Positions 9,734 through 18,066 of a DNA stretch of 32,378 nucleotides are shown piece after piece. Each line of letters starts with the position of its first letter. Positions within the stretch are counted from its first letter, which is position 1. The DNA comes from Candidatus Omnitrophota bacterium (lineage in GTDB: Bacteria; Omnitrophota; Gorgyraeia; JAGLLT01): NCBI GenBank assembly GCA_023140385.1, contig JAGLLT010000012.1, positions 1-32,378 on the forward strand. Reading direction: 5' to 3'. A program made the position numbers and the translations under genes. The notes beneath the pieces are model-generated. The model was not told where the DNA came from. It did not search any database and saw only the letters and a list, made by a program, of their open reading frames with translations.

Positions 9734-9801
9734 ATATAACGCTGATATTATCTGTTAAAAATGGCGTAACTTTTTTTGTCAGGTGCATTCTTTTATTGGG
9801 C
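9734..9801 (-). repeat. Degenerate integron attC-like site
   Basis: Minus strand: GCCCAAT overlapping the upstream stop codon, then AAAAGAATGCACCTGAC (attC-like left arm), ending CAGCGTTATAT; the right L box does not pair. Confidence 0.45.
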
Positions 9802-10545
9802 ATCTTTTTTCTTTTCGGTTGTAATAGCATCACGAAGCCGATAGTCCTCGACAACCGCCAGCGCCTTTTTCTGAATCTCATTGGCAGCCGTCGTATCTCC
9901 CAAAGCAACAGCCACTTCAATTAAACGAAGACTTTCTTCAACAAAATGATCTTCACTGTATGCTTTGAAGTCCATTCTTCCGATTTTCGGATCGTTATAG
10001 AGTGTAGTGTCATGATCGTATGCTGCCTTCACGCGAGTGAATTCTCGGACTAGATTGCCCATATATTTCCGCGCAAGATCGAAGCGTTTAGCATCAATTA
10101 CTTCGTCTTTTGCGATATTCCAGCATTGCTTAGCCAATTTAGGATTCTCCTTGTCAAGGTATTCAAACAATTCGATCGTTTTGCTCCCTTCCTCAAGCGT
10201 CTCGTTTAAAGACGATACATCATGAAACAACGAAGAGTTGCCTTCACCCATTTCTATTTGATGTGCCTTTCGGTCACGTGTCTCTATGAGGGCCTTTTTT
10301 GCTGGTGGATAGACGTCGCCAAGGTCCTTCCAGTAGCCCAAAGCAAATGACAAGCGCACCCCGTACATCGCAGGCTCATGTTCAAGCGCATGGTCATGAA
10401 ACCAGATATACCTCTCAAGGGCTTCCTCATGCTTTCCTTGGTGAACCATTTCCCGGGTGTCACTCAGATAATTATTCATATCCTCTGCTTGCACCTGAGA
10501 AGACAGCACTATCAATGCAATGATCATGCCAAGTAACGTTCTCAT
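9793..10545 (-). CDS. Secreted alpha-helical (TPR-like) hypothetical protein; probable gene cassette
   Basis: AGGAGG RBS before the ATG at 10545; signal peptide ending VQA-E; helical repeat-like sequence. Confidence 0.65.
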   Translation of the reverse strand: MRTLLGMIIALIVLSSQVQAEDMNNYLSDTREMVHQGKHEEALERYIWFHDHALEHEPAMYGVRLSFALGYWKDLGDVYPPAKKALIETRDRKAHQIEMGEGNSSLFHDVSSLNETLEEGSKTIELFEYLDKENPKLAKQCWNIAKDEVIDAKRFDLARKYMGNLVREFTRVKAAYDHDTTLYNDPKIGRMDFKAYSEDHFVEESLRLIEVAVALGDTTAANEIQKKALAVVEDYRLRDAITTEKKKDAQ

Positions 10546-10625
10546 ATATCCTCCTTTGTTCAATAATTAACACACTATCTTTGTTTTTTAAGGAATTTTA
10601 ATACTATATTCTTCACCTCTTTCTC

Positions 10626-11183
10626 TCAATCTAACCAAATATCAGTAACTATATCAAATAAATCCACATTGTCATAATCCGCCGGTAAAATATTCCATGC
10701 CGGTTTATCAAACAAATTATAATTCTGTTTAAAAAATCCATTTACTATCAGCTCTGAACATATCAATTTTTTATGGCTATCAAAAAGATTATGAACTTTT
10801 ACATATGCATTGCCAAACCCGAACCACCCGACAAGGAAGTTTAAAAGTTGAGGAAAATCATAAGGTGTGTTGTTCATTGCGGCCCACCACAATGCTACCT
10901 TTATTTTATCTTTTTCCTTTTCCCAATATTTTTTTCTCAAAACTCTTATTTCAATACCTTTCTCAACATAGTCCTTTTGCAAATTACAAGTTCTTGATTT
11001 TGGAACCTGGCCTTCAACCAAATCATAGCCTCCAATGCTTCCCGCCACATGCGTCCATTTGCTACTTTCGCCATACCCATATTTTTCCTGAATCTTAATA
11101 GTAACTCTAGTCCCGCTCGCAAATAGTATCACATCTCCTATTTTAATCTTATTAGGATCAATTTGTTTACTGTTCTGCATCAT
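10626..11183 (-). CDS. Permuted papain-like NlpC/P60 (YiiX/YebB, peptidase C92-like) enzyme
   Basis: KIGDVIL, WTHVAG (catalytic His first), PYDF, LICSELI (catalytic Cys late). Confidence 0.8.
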   Translation of the reverse strand: MMQNSKQIDPNKIKIGDVILFASGTRVTIKIQEKYGYGESSKWTHVAGSIGGYDLVEGQVPKSRTCNLQKDYVEKGIEIRVLRKKYWEKEKDKIKVALWWAAMNNTPYDFPQLLNFLVGWFGFGNAYVKVHNLFDSHKKLICSELIVNGFFKQNYNLFDKPAWNILPADYDNVDLFDIVTDIWLD

Positions 11184-11229
11184 ATTAACCTCCTACAAGA
11201 ATAAGCCTTGTATCTATCCACCCCATATA

Positions 11230-11541
11230 TCACCCTTGTAAATTTTTAAATTTAAACAAAAATATTCCAAAAATTACGACATTTACTAAATCAACAAAAA
11301 TCCAAAATTCTCGACCGAAATAAAGTGGTATAACTGGATTAAACACAAGAGCGAGCAACCCCATTATCCATGCCCAGCGAATCCTTTGTTTCTTGTAAGA
11401 AACCCATGCTAAGAAAATAGCCGTAAAGCAAACAACAAGCCTTAGTAATGTATAGTAACCATAAGGCAATGGTAAGATTGCCAATAAAAGCATTACAATT
11501 GATGCAATAACAGGTGGTTTTATCGAAATCTTTGTGTCCAT
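11230..11541 (-). CDS. Small membrane protein, DUF6804-like
   Basis: LPYGYYTLLRLVVC...LVFNPVIPLYFGREFWIFVD pattern; start moved to the ATG at 11541, which has an AGGGG RBS. Confidence 0.65.
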   Translation of the reverse strand: MDTKISIKPPVIASIVMLLLAILPLPYGYYTLLRLVVCFTAIFLAWVSYKKQRIRWAWIMGLLALVFNPVIPLYFGREFWIFVDLVNVVIFGIFLFKFKNLQG

Positions 11542-11579
11542 ATAACCCCTTTGCCTTAATTTGCTTTGAGAGTAACTTT

Positions 11580-12002
11580 TTAGTCCCAATTTTTATTTTG
11601 ATCAAAATCAGACCATAAACCGGTTCCCTTTAAATCTGGTTGTCCGAATTTTGCATTATATTCTTTTGTGAATTTCATTTGTTTTTCAACGGCATTATCA
11701 AGATGGCGTTTCCATCCCCTCACATCAATACCATATTTTTCTTTATCATTATCTTGCAAGTCAAGAGACACAAGGGATCCTATTCTTATATTTGTTTCTT
11801 TTCCGTTCAAATCCTCAAAATATATTTTCGAATTACCCATAACACTTTGAATCTCTGACCACCAAAAATGTGGAAGTTTAGACTTAAATATTATTTTATA
11901 GTACCTCTTTTTAAAGAATGAAGTACCCTGCAATAAATAAGTATATACGTAAATATGGCTTTCTTTTTTCATGTCAGCAAATTCTAAAACTTTTAATTTC
12001 AT
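11580..12002 (-). CDS. Hypothetical protein
   Basis: 140-aa ORF with a GAGGAGG RBS, in operon orientation. Confidence 0.6.
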   Translation of the reverse strand: MKLKVLEFADMKKESHIYVYTYLLQGTSFFKKRYYKIIFKSKLPHFWWSEIQSVMGNSKIYFEDLNGKETNIRIGSLVSLDLQDNDKEKYGIDVRGWKRHLDNAVEKQMKFTKEYNAKFGQPDLKGTGLWSDFDQNKNWD

Positions 12003-12020
12003 TAAATCCTCCTCTAAGAA

Positions 12021-12653
12021 TTATTCATCATATTTAACATCATCTACGTCAGGATCTTTATTCAAGTTTTTATCCTCTTCGATTAAATCAATATCTTCAA
12101 TTTGATCAGTGCTATCTGAAGTGCCCCCAACATCAATAACATCCTTTGATTGAATAAATTCGCCTGATATTCTTTTTTCCACTAGCGTTAATAGCCAGAT
12201 CCCATAAAAGCGCATACCATAGGTAAAAATAAGTCCTAATATTATTGAAAACCCCGCACCCCATTGCCCCTTAAAGAAAAGTCCAATGGCCGCGATTGGT
12301 GATACTATTTGAAACATAAACATAAAAAAGAAAGCTATCCATCCTAAATAATAAAATATGGTCAAGAAAGAAAACATGAATACTGATGCACCAACTATAT
12401 GAGAAAAAATAATCGATAATCCTGCGAGGTGATTATGAAGGCTTTTAAATAAAGACAATGGCAAAATAATTAACAGGAACAATCCTATGGAAGCGCCTGC
12501 TAATACAGATATTATTGGGTACAGAAATTCAGAAACCTTAAGGATGCCGAAAATGAAGATAAATGGGATCATGAGAAAACCCAGGAACATAAGGACACCT
12601 AAAATGCCTGAACCTAAACCCTTAATTTTGTCCTTAATATTAAATCCGGCCAT
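12021..12653 (-). CDS. Membrane protein with an acidic C-terminal tail
   Basis: About 5 TM segments and a D/E-rich tail; AGGAGG RBS. Confidence 0.7.
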   Translation of the reverse strand: MAGFNIKDKIKGLGSGILGVLMFLGFLMIPFIFIFGILKVSEFLYPIISVLAGASIGLFLLIILPLSLFKSLHNHLAGLSIIFSHIVGASVFMFSFLTIFYYLGWIAFFFMFMFQIVSPIAAIGLFFKGQWGAGFSIILGLIFTYGMRFYGIWLLTLVEKRISGEFIQSKDVIDVGGTSDSTDQIEDIDLIEEDKNLNKDPDVDDVKYDE

Positions 12654-12670
12654 AAAGCCTCCTGGTTACT

Positions 12671-13603
12671 TCAGAAAAACCATGCTCTATTCCTAATGAT
12701 AGGAATTAATACTGTTAAAATCGGCATAACAATTAAAAATGTGACTATCTTAAATTTTCTGAATTTCACTTGTTTGTTCTTAACTGCTTCAATTCCTATA
12801 GCAAATAGTTTTAAAGAAACGGCAAGCAAAACAAATGGTATTAATATAACTATCAAAACGCCCACAAAATATCCCTTACTAAAAAAATCTGACCAATTAC
12901 TAACGTCGGTAATCGATTTGGAGCCAGTATAGAAAGCAAAAACTGATAATTTGCTTAAAAACTCAAGTATAGGGTTATAGGCAATAGTCATAAGAAACCA
13001 GAACTTTTTTGATAAACCGTAAAAAAAGAAATTAGTCCTATCTTTTTTATCTGAATAATCAAATTTGGCAGCTATTTTTGCCCCAATGAACGATCCAATT
13101 AAAACGGCAGTTATCTGTATTATCAATATATAAAGAAGTGAATCCGGCCAATCGCCTTCGAAGAATTGACCTTTAAAAATAAAAAGACCTGCCAGTAGCA
13201 AGGCTAACCAATATTTCATTAAGAGGCCTACCGTCAAATATATCCATGTTCTCAAACCTTTAAACCAATAGGCGAATAAACCGACAAAAAATATGCTACA
13301 TATAAAGTCGAAAATATATATTAAGGAATCAATGAAATGGCTTTGGAATTCTGAACTGAATATTTCAAGTTCGATGGATCGTTCATAAAATACTGTAATC
13401 ACATGACCTATGTTTGTGAAATACGAGAAACTCAAATAGAGAAGGAATATTGCCGCAAAACTGATCTGCTTGATAGTGCGGGAGGATTTATTTTTCTTTA
13501 CTTTAGCCGGTTTAATGGCGGGTAATTGTGTTCCACAAAATCCGCAAAACTTTGCTTCTACGCTTATATCTTTATTGCAATTAGGGCATTTCCTAAGGTT
13601 CAC
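12671..13603 (-). CDS. Zinc-ribbon-domain multi-TM membrane protein
   Basis: CPNC-x10-CGFCG at the N-terminus, followed by about 7 TM segments; GGAGAG RBS. Confidence 0.75.
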   Translation of the reverse strand: MNLRKCPNCNKDISVEAKFCGFCGTQLPAIKPAKVKKNKSSRTIKQISFAAIFLLYLSFSYFTNIGHVITVFYERSIELEIFSSEFQSHFIDSLIYIFDFICSIFFVGLFAYWFKGLRTWIYLTVGLLMKYWLALLLAGLFIFKGQFFEGDWPDSLLYILIIQITAVLIGSFIGAKIAAKFDYSDKKDRTNFFFYGLSKKFWFLMTIAYNPILEFLSKLSVFAFYTGSKSITDVSNWSDFFSKGYFVGVLIVILIPFVLLAVSLKLFAIGIEAVKNKQVKFRKFKIVTFLIVMPILTVLIPIIRNRAWFF

Positions 13604-13636
13604 TTAAAACTCTCCAATATAATTTTAAGATGATAT

Positions 13637-13996
13637 TTAATCCTCAAAAGTTATATCTTCTTCTGAAGATTGTGATTTATTTTTTGGATGGTCTTCTACT
13701 CCTATTAGTAATTCCGTATCGCCAAACCCAATAGTGTCCCCTTTTGTCAACTCAATTTTTCCATGAACTTGACAATTGTTTACAAATGTTCCATTTGTAC
13801 TGTCGAGATCCTCAATTAAACAGATATCACCCTCCCAATATATAATAGCATGCCTCCTCGAACAAAAATCGTCATATCCTATACGTATATTTGCTTCCTC
13901 ACTTCGGCCTATTAGAATCTTGGAATCTGATTTTACGAAGTATTTATGCCCTTTTAGGGGGCCTGAAACAACAAGCACAACAACAAGTTTTGTCAC
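13637..13996 (-). CDS. Stand-alone FHA-domain protein
   Basis: IGRS, SRRHA, IEDLDSTNGTFVN, GDTIGFG; all conserved pThr-binding residues present; start overlaps the kinase stop. Confidence 0.93.
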   Translation of the reverse strand: MTKLVVVLVVSGPLKGHKYFVKSDSKILIGRSEEANIRIGYDDFCSRRHAIIYWEGDICLIEDLDSTNGTFVNNCQVHGKIELTKGDTIGFGDTELLIGVEDHPKNKSQSSEEDITFED

Positions 13997-15057
13997 ATTA
14001 TTACTCCCTTTTTCCAGTTATTTAATGTTTCCGCGTATTTTCCCTTCAAATGTTTTTGATGGTCTTTGGGATGTTGCGCTATAGACTCTTCCAGTAGTTT
14101 AATAGCATCATTAAGCTTCGTATATTGCTTCCCAAGCTGAAGCGCTTTTTGTATATTTACATTCGGTACTTTAATTTTTTGAAGCTCATATTGCTCTATT
14201 GCGTTATAAAATTCCCTAGCAGTTGAAAAACGGTTTTTCATATCAGGTTCTAAGGCTTTTAGAATAATTTCATCCAGCTCGCCATCTAAATCTGTATTGA
14301 ATTTAGAAGGTGGGTCTGGCTTTTTATTACGGGATGCCTTTATGGCTGATTTCATTTCATTTTTCTTAGTTGCCTGATAACCACTCGGCATTTTATAGGG
14401 AGGAATACCGGTTACCATAATATAAAAAATAATTCCTGATGAGAAGACATCGCTGGCCGGTGATTCATAGTCCCAGAAACCTTCAGGAGGCAAATAGGCC
14501 AGTGTTCCGGCTGCTTCTGTAATTCTTGTAACCGGATCAACATGTTTAGCTAAACCAAAATCAGAAACCTTGGCAACAAGATTATTGTGCCGTATTGATA
14601 ACATGATGTTTTGGGGCTTAACGTCTCTATGAACTAAAGGAGGCTTTGTATTGTGCAGTTTTGATAAACCGCAACAAATATCCTTTTGAAGCTTAATCGC
14701 TATATCAATCGAAAGCTTAATCTCAGATTCAATATAATCAGCTAGCGTGCCACCTTCCACATATTCCATCGCAATATAGCAATATCTATTACCATCAAAT
14801 TTAAAGGTATTTGCTTCATATACTCGCACAACATTTTCATGCGTAATCTTTGAGAGGATATAAGCTTCGTTAAATAACACAGGTTCTTGCTCTTTTGATA
14901 TGCTTCCCTGATGGAATATTTTCAGTGCCTGAATACCTAAATATTTGTGGCGCACCTTATATACGCCACCGAAAGCTCCTTCTCCAAGGAATCGATCAAT
15001 ACTGTAGGTCTCCCGTATTTTCGTGTACTTTGGTATTAAAATTCTCTTTATTGTCAT
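13993..15057 (-). CDS. Hanks-type Ser/Thr protein kinase (soluble) with a short C-terminal helical/TPR-like tail
   Basis: LGEGAFGGV, ALK, HRDVKPQN, DFG, GTLAYLPPE, DVFSSG; no TM segment. Confidence 0.95.
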   Translation of the reverse strand: MTIKRILIPKYTKIRETYSIDRFLGEGAFGGVYKVRHKYLGIQALKIFHQGSISKEQEPVLFNEAYILSKITHENVVRVYEANTFKFDGNRYCYIAMEYVEGGTLADYIESEIKLSIDIAIKLQKDICCGLSKLHNTKPPLVHRDVKPQNIMLSIRHNNLVAKVSDFGLAKHVDPVTRITEAAGTLAYLPPEGFWDYESPASDVFSSGIIFYIMVTGIPPYKMPSGYQATKKNEMKSAIKASRNKKPDPPSKFNTDLDGELDEIILKALEPDMKNRFSTAREFYNAIEQYELQKIKVPNVNIQKALQLGKQYTKLNDAIKLLEESIAQHPKDHQKHLKGKYAETLNNWKKGVIM

Positions 15058-17555
15058 ATTTTCCGTATGCCTGCGTCACTCACCCTTTCACTTATCTTTT
15101 CTTGCTCATCTCGCGGCATTAAACTCCACAATTCAAACATTATGCTTTTCAATGAATCTAAATCTTGACGTTGCAAAGCAGCGCTTCCTTCATCAATTAA
15201 TTCTTCAGCTCTGTTTTTATCCGTAAAATTGCCTGGATCCTTTTTGACTTCTTGAAATGCAGAAACCCAAAACCCTGGCTGCCTGAACAATACTGCCCAT
15301 CTTATATTGATTATCTCTTCTGCAATCTTCTTGATCCTGTTAATATCTTTACTACCAATTGATTTCTCTGCCTCCTTTTTCAAGCTATATAATTGATCTT
15401 TATCATCATTGTTTCCATAAGAAGCGGTTATCTCTTCACAATCACTAACTATTTCATTGTATTCTTTCAGTGCTACTGGCCACTTGGCTAACTTCTCTAT
15501 AGAATCCAATTTTTGTTTTAACTCTTTCAAGTTTCGATCTGCTTTTTCCACAGCGTCAGGATCACCACCTTCAGCAGCTTGAATATCTGTTCTTATCTCT
15601 TTTATGCCTTCAGAAATATACGATTCAGACAGTTTATTCTCTATTGTCTTATCATTTGCCTGCATTATTTCTTGTTTTAATTTATTGAGCCTTTTTTCTT
15701 CACCATTGAGATCTGCCGCAATATGACCAGGCTCAAGCTTAGGTGATATTTTTTGAGTAACTATTCCGCTAATCTTTTTATCTAATAGCGGAATAAAAGC
15801 TTCTGCAGAAACAGCTCGTGACTGATCTACGCTAATTATTATTTCTACTTCACTATTTTCAGGAAGCGTTCTTGTAACGTCCGCCCCTTTAATCTGTAAC
15901 GTCCCAAGATGCCTATTTCTGTCTGCTATATCACTTTCTCCCTCCCATAGATGTATTTTTAATACGTCTTCATTCTCACCTGGCCGAACAGTTCGTGTTG
16001 TAAAATAGGAGAACGGCTTACTCCTTGCTGGCAAAGACTCACTTTTGGTCAAATGTTTACTAAGGGCTCCGTTTTCTAACTCTACCCCTATTGAACGGAT
16101 CAATGGTGGTTCCGCAACAGAGATACCCTGGGTAATCGTAAACGAATCTGGTTCAATTGGCACTTTATTTCCAGTTTTATCAAACAGCGCTAATGTAAAA
16201 TTATTAACTTTGTTTTCACGTAGATTTACATTTGCGAAAAAGGCATTATCTTTTATTTCTATCATACCGCTTTCCCAATCGCCGCCTGTTCTGTTTATTT
16301 GAACGCGCATACCCTCTGGCAGCTTCTCTTCTTCTTTGCTGGCGAAAAATCTACCTCCCACGGCGGGATCTATTTCTGTGGTCATCGGATTATACGCAAG
16401 CTTGACTGAAACTTTAGAATAATCCCTCTTTGTCAATTCATCAGGAATCAATTGCGAAGCCGCGAATATGGCAGCGCCTTGGGCAACAACTATTATCGGA
16501 TCAATCTTGCATTCAATTGGAATGCCAAAAGCATCCTTTAGTCTTTTTCGCACATAAGGAATTTGCGTGGGGCCGCCAACTAAAATAAGTTGAGATATAT
16601 CAGTAGGAGATAGCCCTTGGTTTTCCAAAACCGTACTAAATAATTGGATAGTTTTATCTATATAACATTCTATTAATGGAATAAATTCGCTTCTCTTAAG
16701 CGGAATAACGATATCAATTACCTTACCATTATTATCTTTATACCTATCACTATACACAACAATATCTGCTTCTTCACTTTGAGACAATTGTATCTTAGCG
16801 TCTTCGGCTGCACTTTTTAACCTCGCATTTAAGATTTGGTATTCTTTTGTCCTCCCTAATCCCGGTAAATTATATTCATTTGACAATACTGGATGTATTA
16901 TATTTTCAACAATTTTCCAATCGAAATCTTTTCCGCCCAAATGATTATCGCCAAAGTGATCAACAACACTTAATCTTCCTTCTTTTGCTGACATGATAGC
17001 TACATCGAATGTGCCTCCTCCAAGATCAAATACGATCCAATATCCTTTTGGCATTTTCTCAAGAAAACCGTAAGCAATTGAAGCAGCAATGGGTTCTTGG
17101 AGCAAAGGAGCATATTTTATTCCTGCGATTTTTGCTGCTCTTTGCGTTGCTTCACATTGGACTATCTCAAAATTGCAAGGAACTGTAATTACTGCGCAAC
17201 TAATTTCATCTTCCTCTGGTAAATTCTTTTTCGCAGTTATTTTTAAATCCTTTAAAATTTCTGCTGAAAGCTCTTCAGGGCTGAGTTTTTTATTACTTAA
17301 AACAAATTTTTTAACTTGTTGCGTCCCCATCCACCTTTTAAACTCTTCTACAGTATTATCGGGGTCATCAATAAGCCGTTCGTATGCTTTTCTCCCCACT
17401 CTAACAGTACCTTTTTCGTCTATCCTAACAACTGATGGGGTGAATTCTTCCCGCTTATAATTTTTAAAAACACGTACCTCACCATTTTCCATACATGCAA
17501 TTTCTGAGTTAGTTGTGCCTAAATCAATACCAAAATCTATTGTTTGTCTATTCAT
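15054..17555 (-). CDS. Atypical Hsp70-family ATPase (833 aa), not the housekeeping DnaK
   Basis: GIDLGTTNS, TVP, EPIAA, DLGGGTFD, LVGGPTQIP; ~100-aa insert before a divergent substrate-binding domain; long helical C-terminus. Confidence 0.92.
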   Translation of the reverse strand: MNRQTIDFGIDLGTTNSEIACMENGEVRVFKNYKREEFTPSVVRIDEKGTVRVGRKAYERLIDDPDNTVEEFKRWMGTQQVKKFVLSNKKLSPEELSAEILKDLKITAKKNLPEEDEISCAVITVPCNFEIVQCEATQRAAKIAGIKYAPLLQEPIAASIAYGFLEKMPKGYWIVFDLGGGTFDVAIMSAKEGRLSVVDHFGDNHLGGKDFDWKIVENIIHPVLSNEYNLPGLGRTKEYQILNARLKSAAEDAKIQLSQSEEADIVVYSDRYKDNNGKVIDIVIPLKRSEFIPLIECYIDKTIQLFSTVLENQGLSPTDISQLILVGGPTQIPYVRKRLKDAFGIPIECKIDPIIVVAQGAAIFAASQLIPDELTKRDYSKVSVKLAYNPMTTEIDPAVGGRFFASKEEEKLPEGMRVQINRTGGDWESGMIEIKDNAFFANVNLRENKVNNFTLALFDKTGNKVPIEPDSFTITQGISVAEPPLIRSIGVELENGALSKHLTKSESLPARSKPFSYFTTRTVRPGENEDVLKIHLWEGESDIADRNRHLGTLQIKGADVTRTLPENSEVEIIISVDQSRAVSAEAFIPLLDKKISGIVTQKISPKLEPGHIAADLNGEEKRLNKLKQEIMQANDKTIENKLSESYISEGIKEIRTDIQAAEGGDPDAVEKADRNLKELKQKLDSIEKLAKWPVALKEYNEIVSDCEEITASYGNNDDKDQLYSLKKEAEKSIGSKDINRIKKIAEEIINIRWAVLFRQPGFWVSAFQEVKKDPGNFTDKNRAEELIDEGSAALQRQDLDSLKSIMFELWSLMPRDEQEKISERVSDAGIRKI

Positions 17556-17558
17556 GCC

Positions 17559-18056
17559 TCACTCCTTTTTAGCTTTTTCTTTAGATTTTCCAACTATAAC
17601 TTCTCCATGAGATATAATTTTTCCTTTAAAATAAACAGATGGTTTTACTGTTTCCAGCATATTCATCTTACCATAAGGAAGATTATCAACCTCTTCAACA
17701 TGAAGTACTTTGACGGACATTCCATCGTTATAATCAGTATTTGCATGCTCAACAATTTCAATATCTTGTTTCTTAAAAATATCTTTAATTCGTCGAATTT
17801 GGTCTACAATTGAATTATCGATAGCGTTTTCACTAGCCTTACTTATCCTTTTATCAAGTCTCCACATCTCAATTGCAAATAAAGAAATAAGTTCAATGGA
17901 TGATATAAGTTCTGAGGCATCATGTGCATTCTCAGGTGATATAAGCTTACATCCGCTAGCAATACATCTTTCAAATTGAGCGCGGTCTTTGAAGAAATAT
18001 ATCAATCCTTTGTCATTTTTATTGGAAACCATCCTAATTTTTGGCTTTTGTGACAT
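17559..18056 (-). CDS. Divergent GrpE-like protein
   Basis: Helical N-terminal part, then IKDIFKKQDIEIVE...YNDGM...LETVKPSVYFKGKIISHGEVIVGK, which matches the GrpE beta-head pattern; directly upstream of the Hsp70. Confidence 0.65.
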   Translation of the reverse strand: MSQKPKIRMVSNKNDKGLIYFFKDRAQFERCIASGCKLISPENAHDASELISSIELISLFAIEMWRLDKRISKASENAIDNSIVDQIRRIKDIFKKQDIEIVEHANTDYNDGMSVKVLHVEEVDNLPYGKMNMLETVKPSVYFKGKIISHGEVIVGKSKEKAKKE

Positions 18057-18066
18057 GCAGCCCTCC

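Noticed and set aside
9732..9920. 62-aa ORF ending MPNKRMHLTK...
   Set aside because: Overlaps the 9793-10545 gene out of frame; the PNKRMHLT stretch is simply the translation of the attC-like left arm
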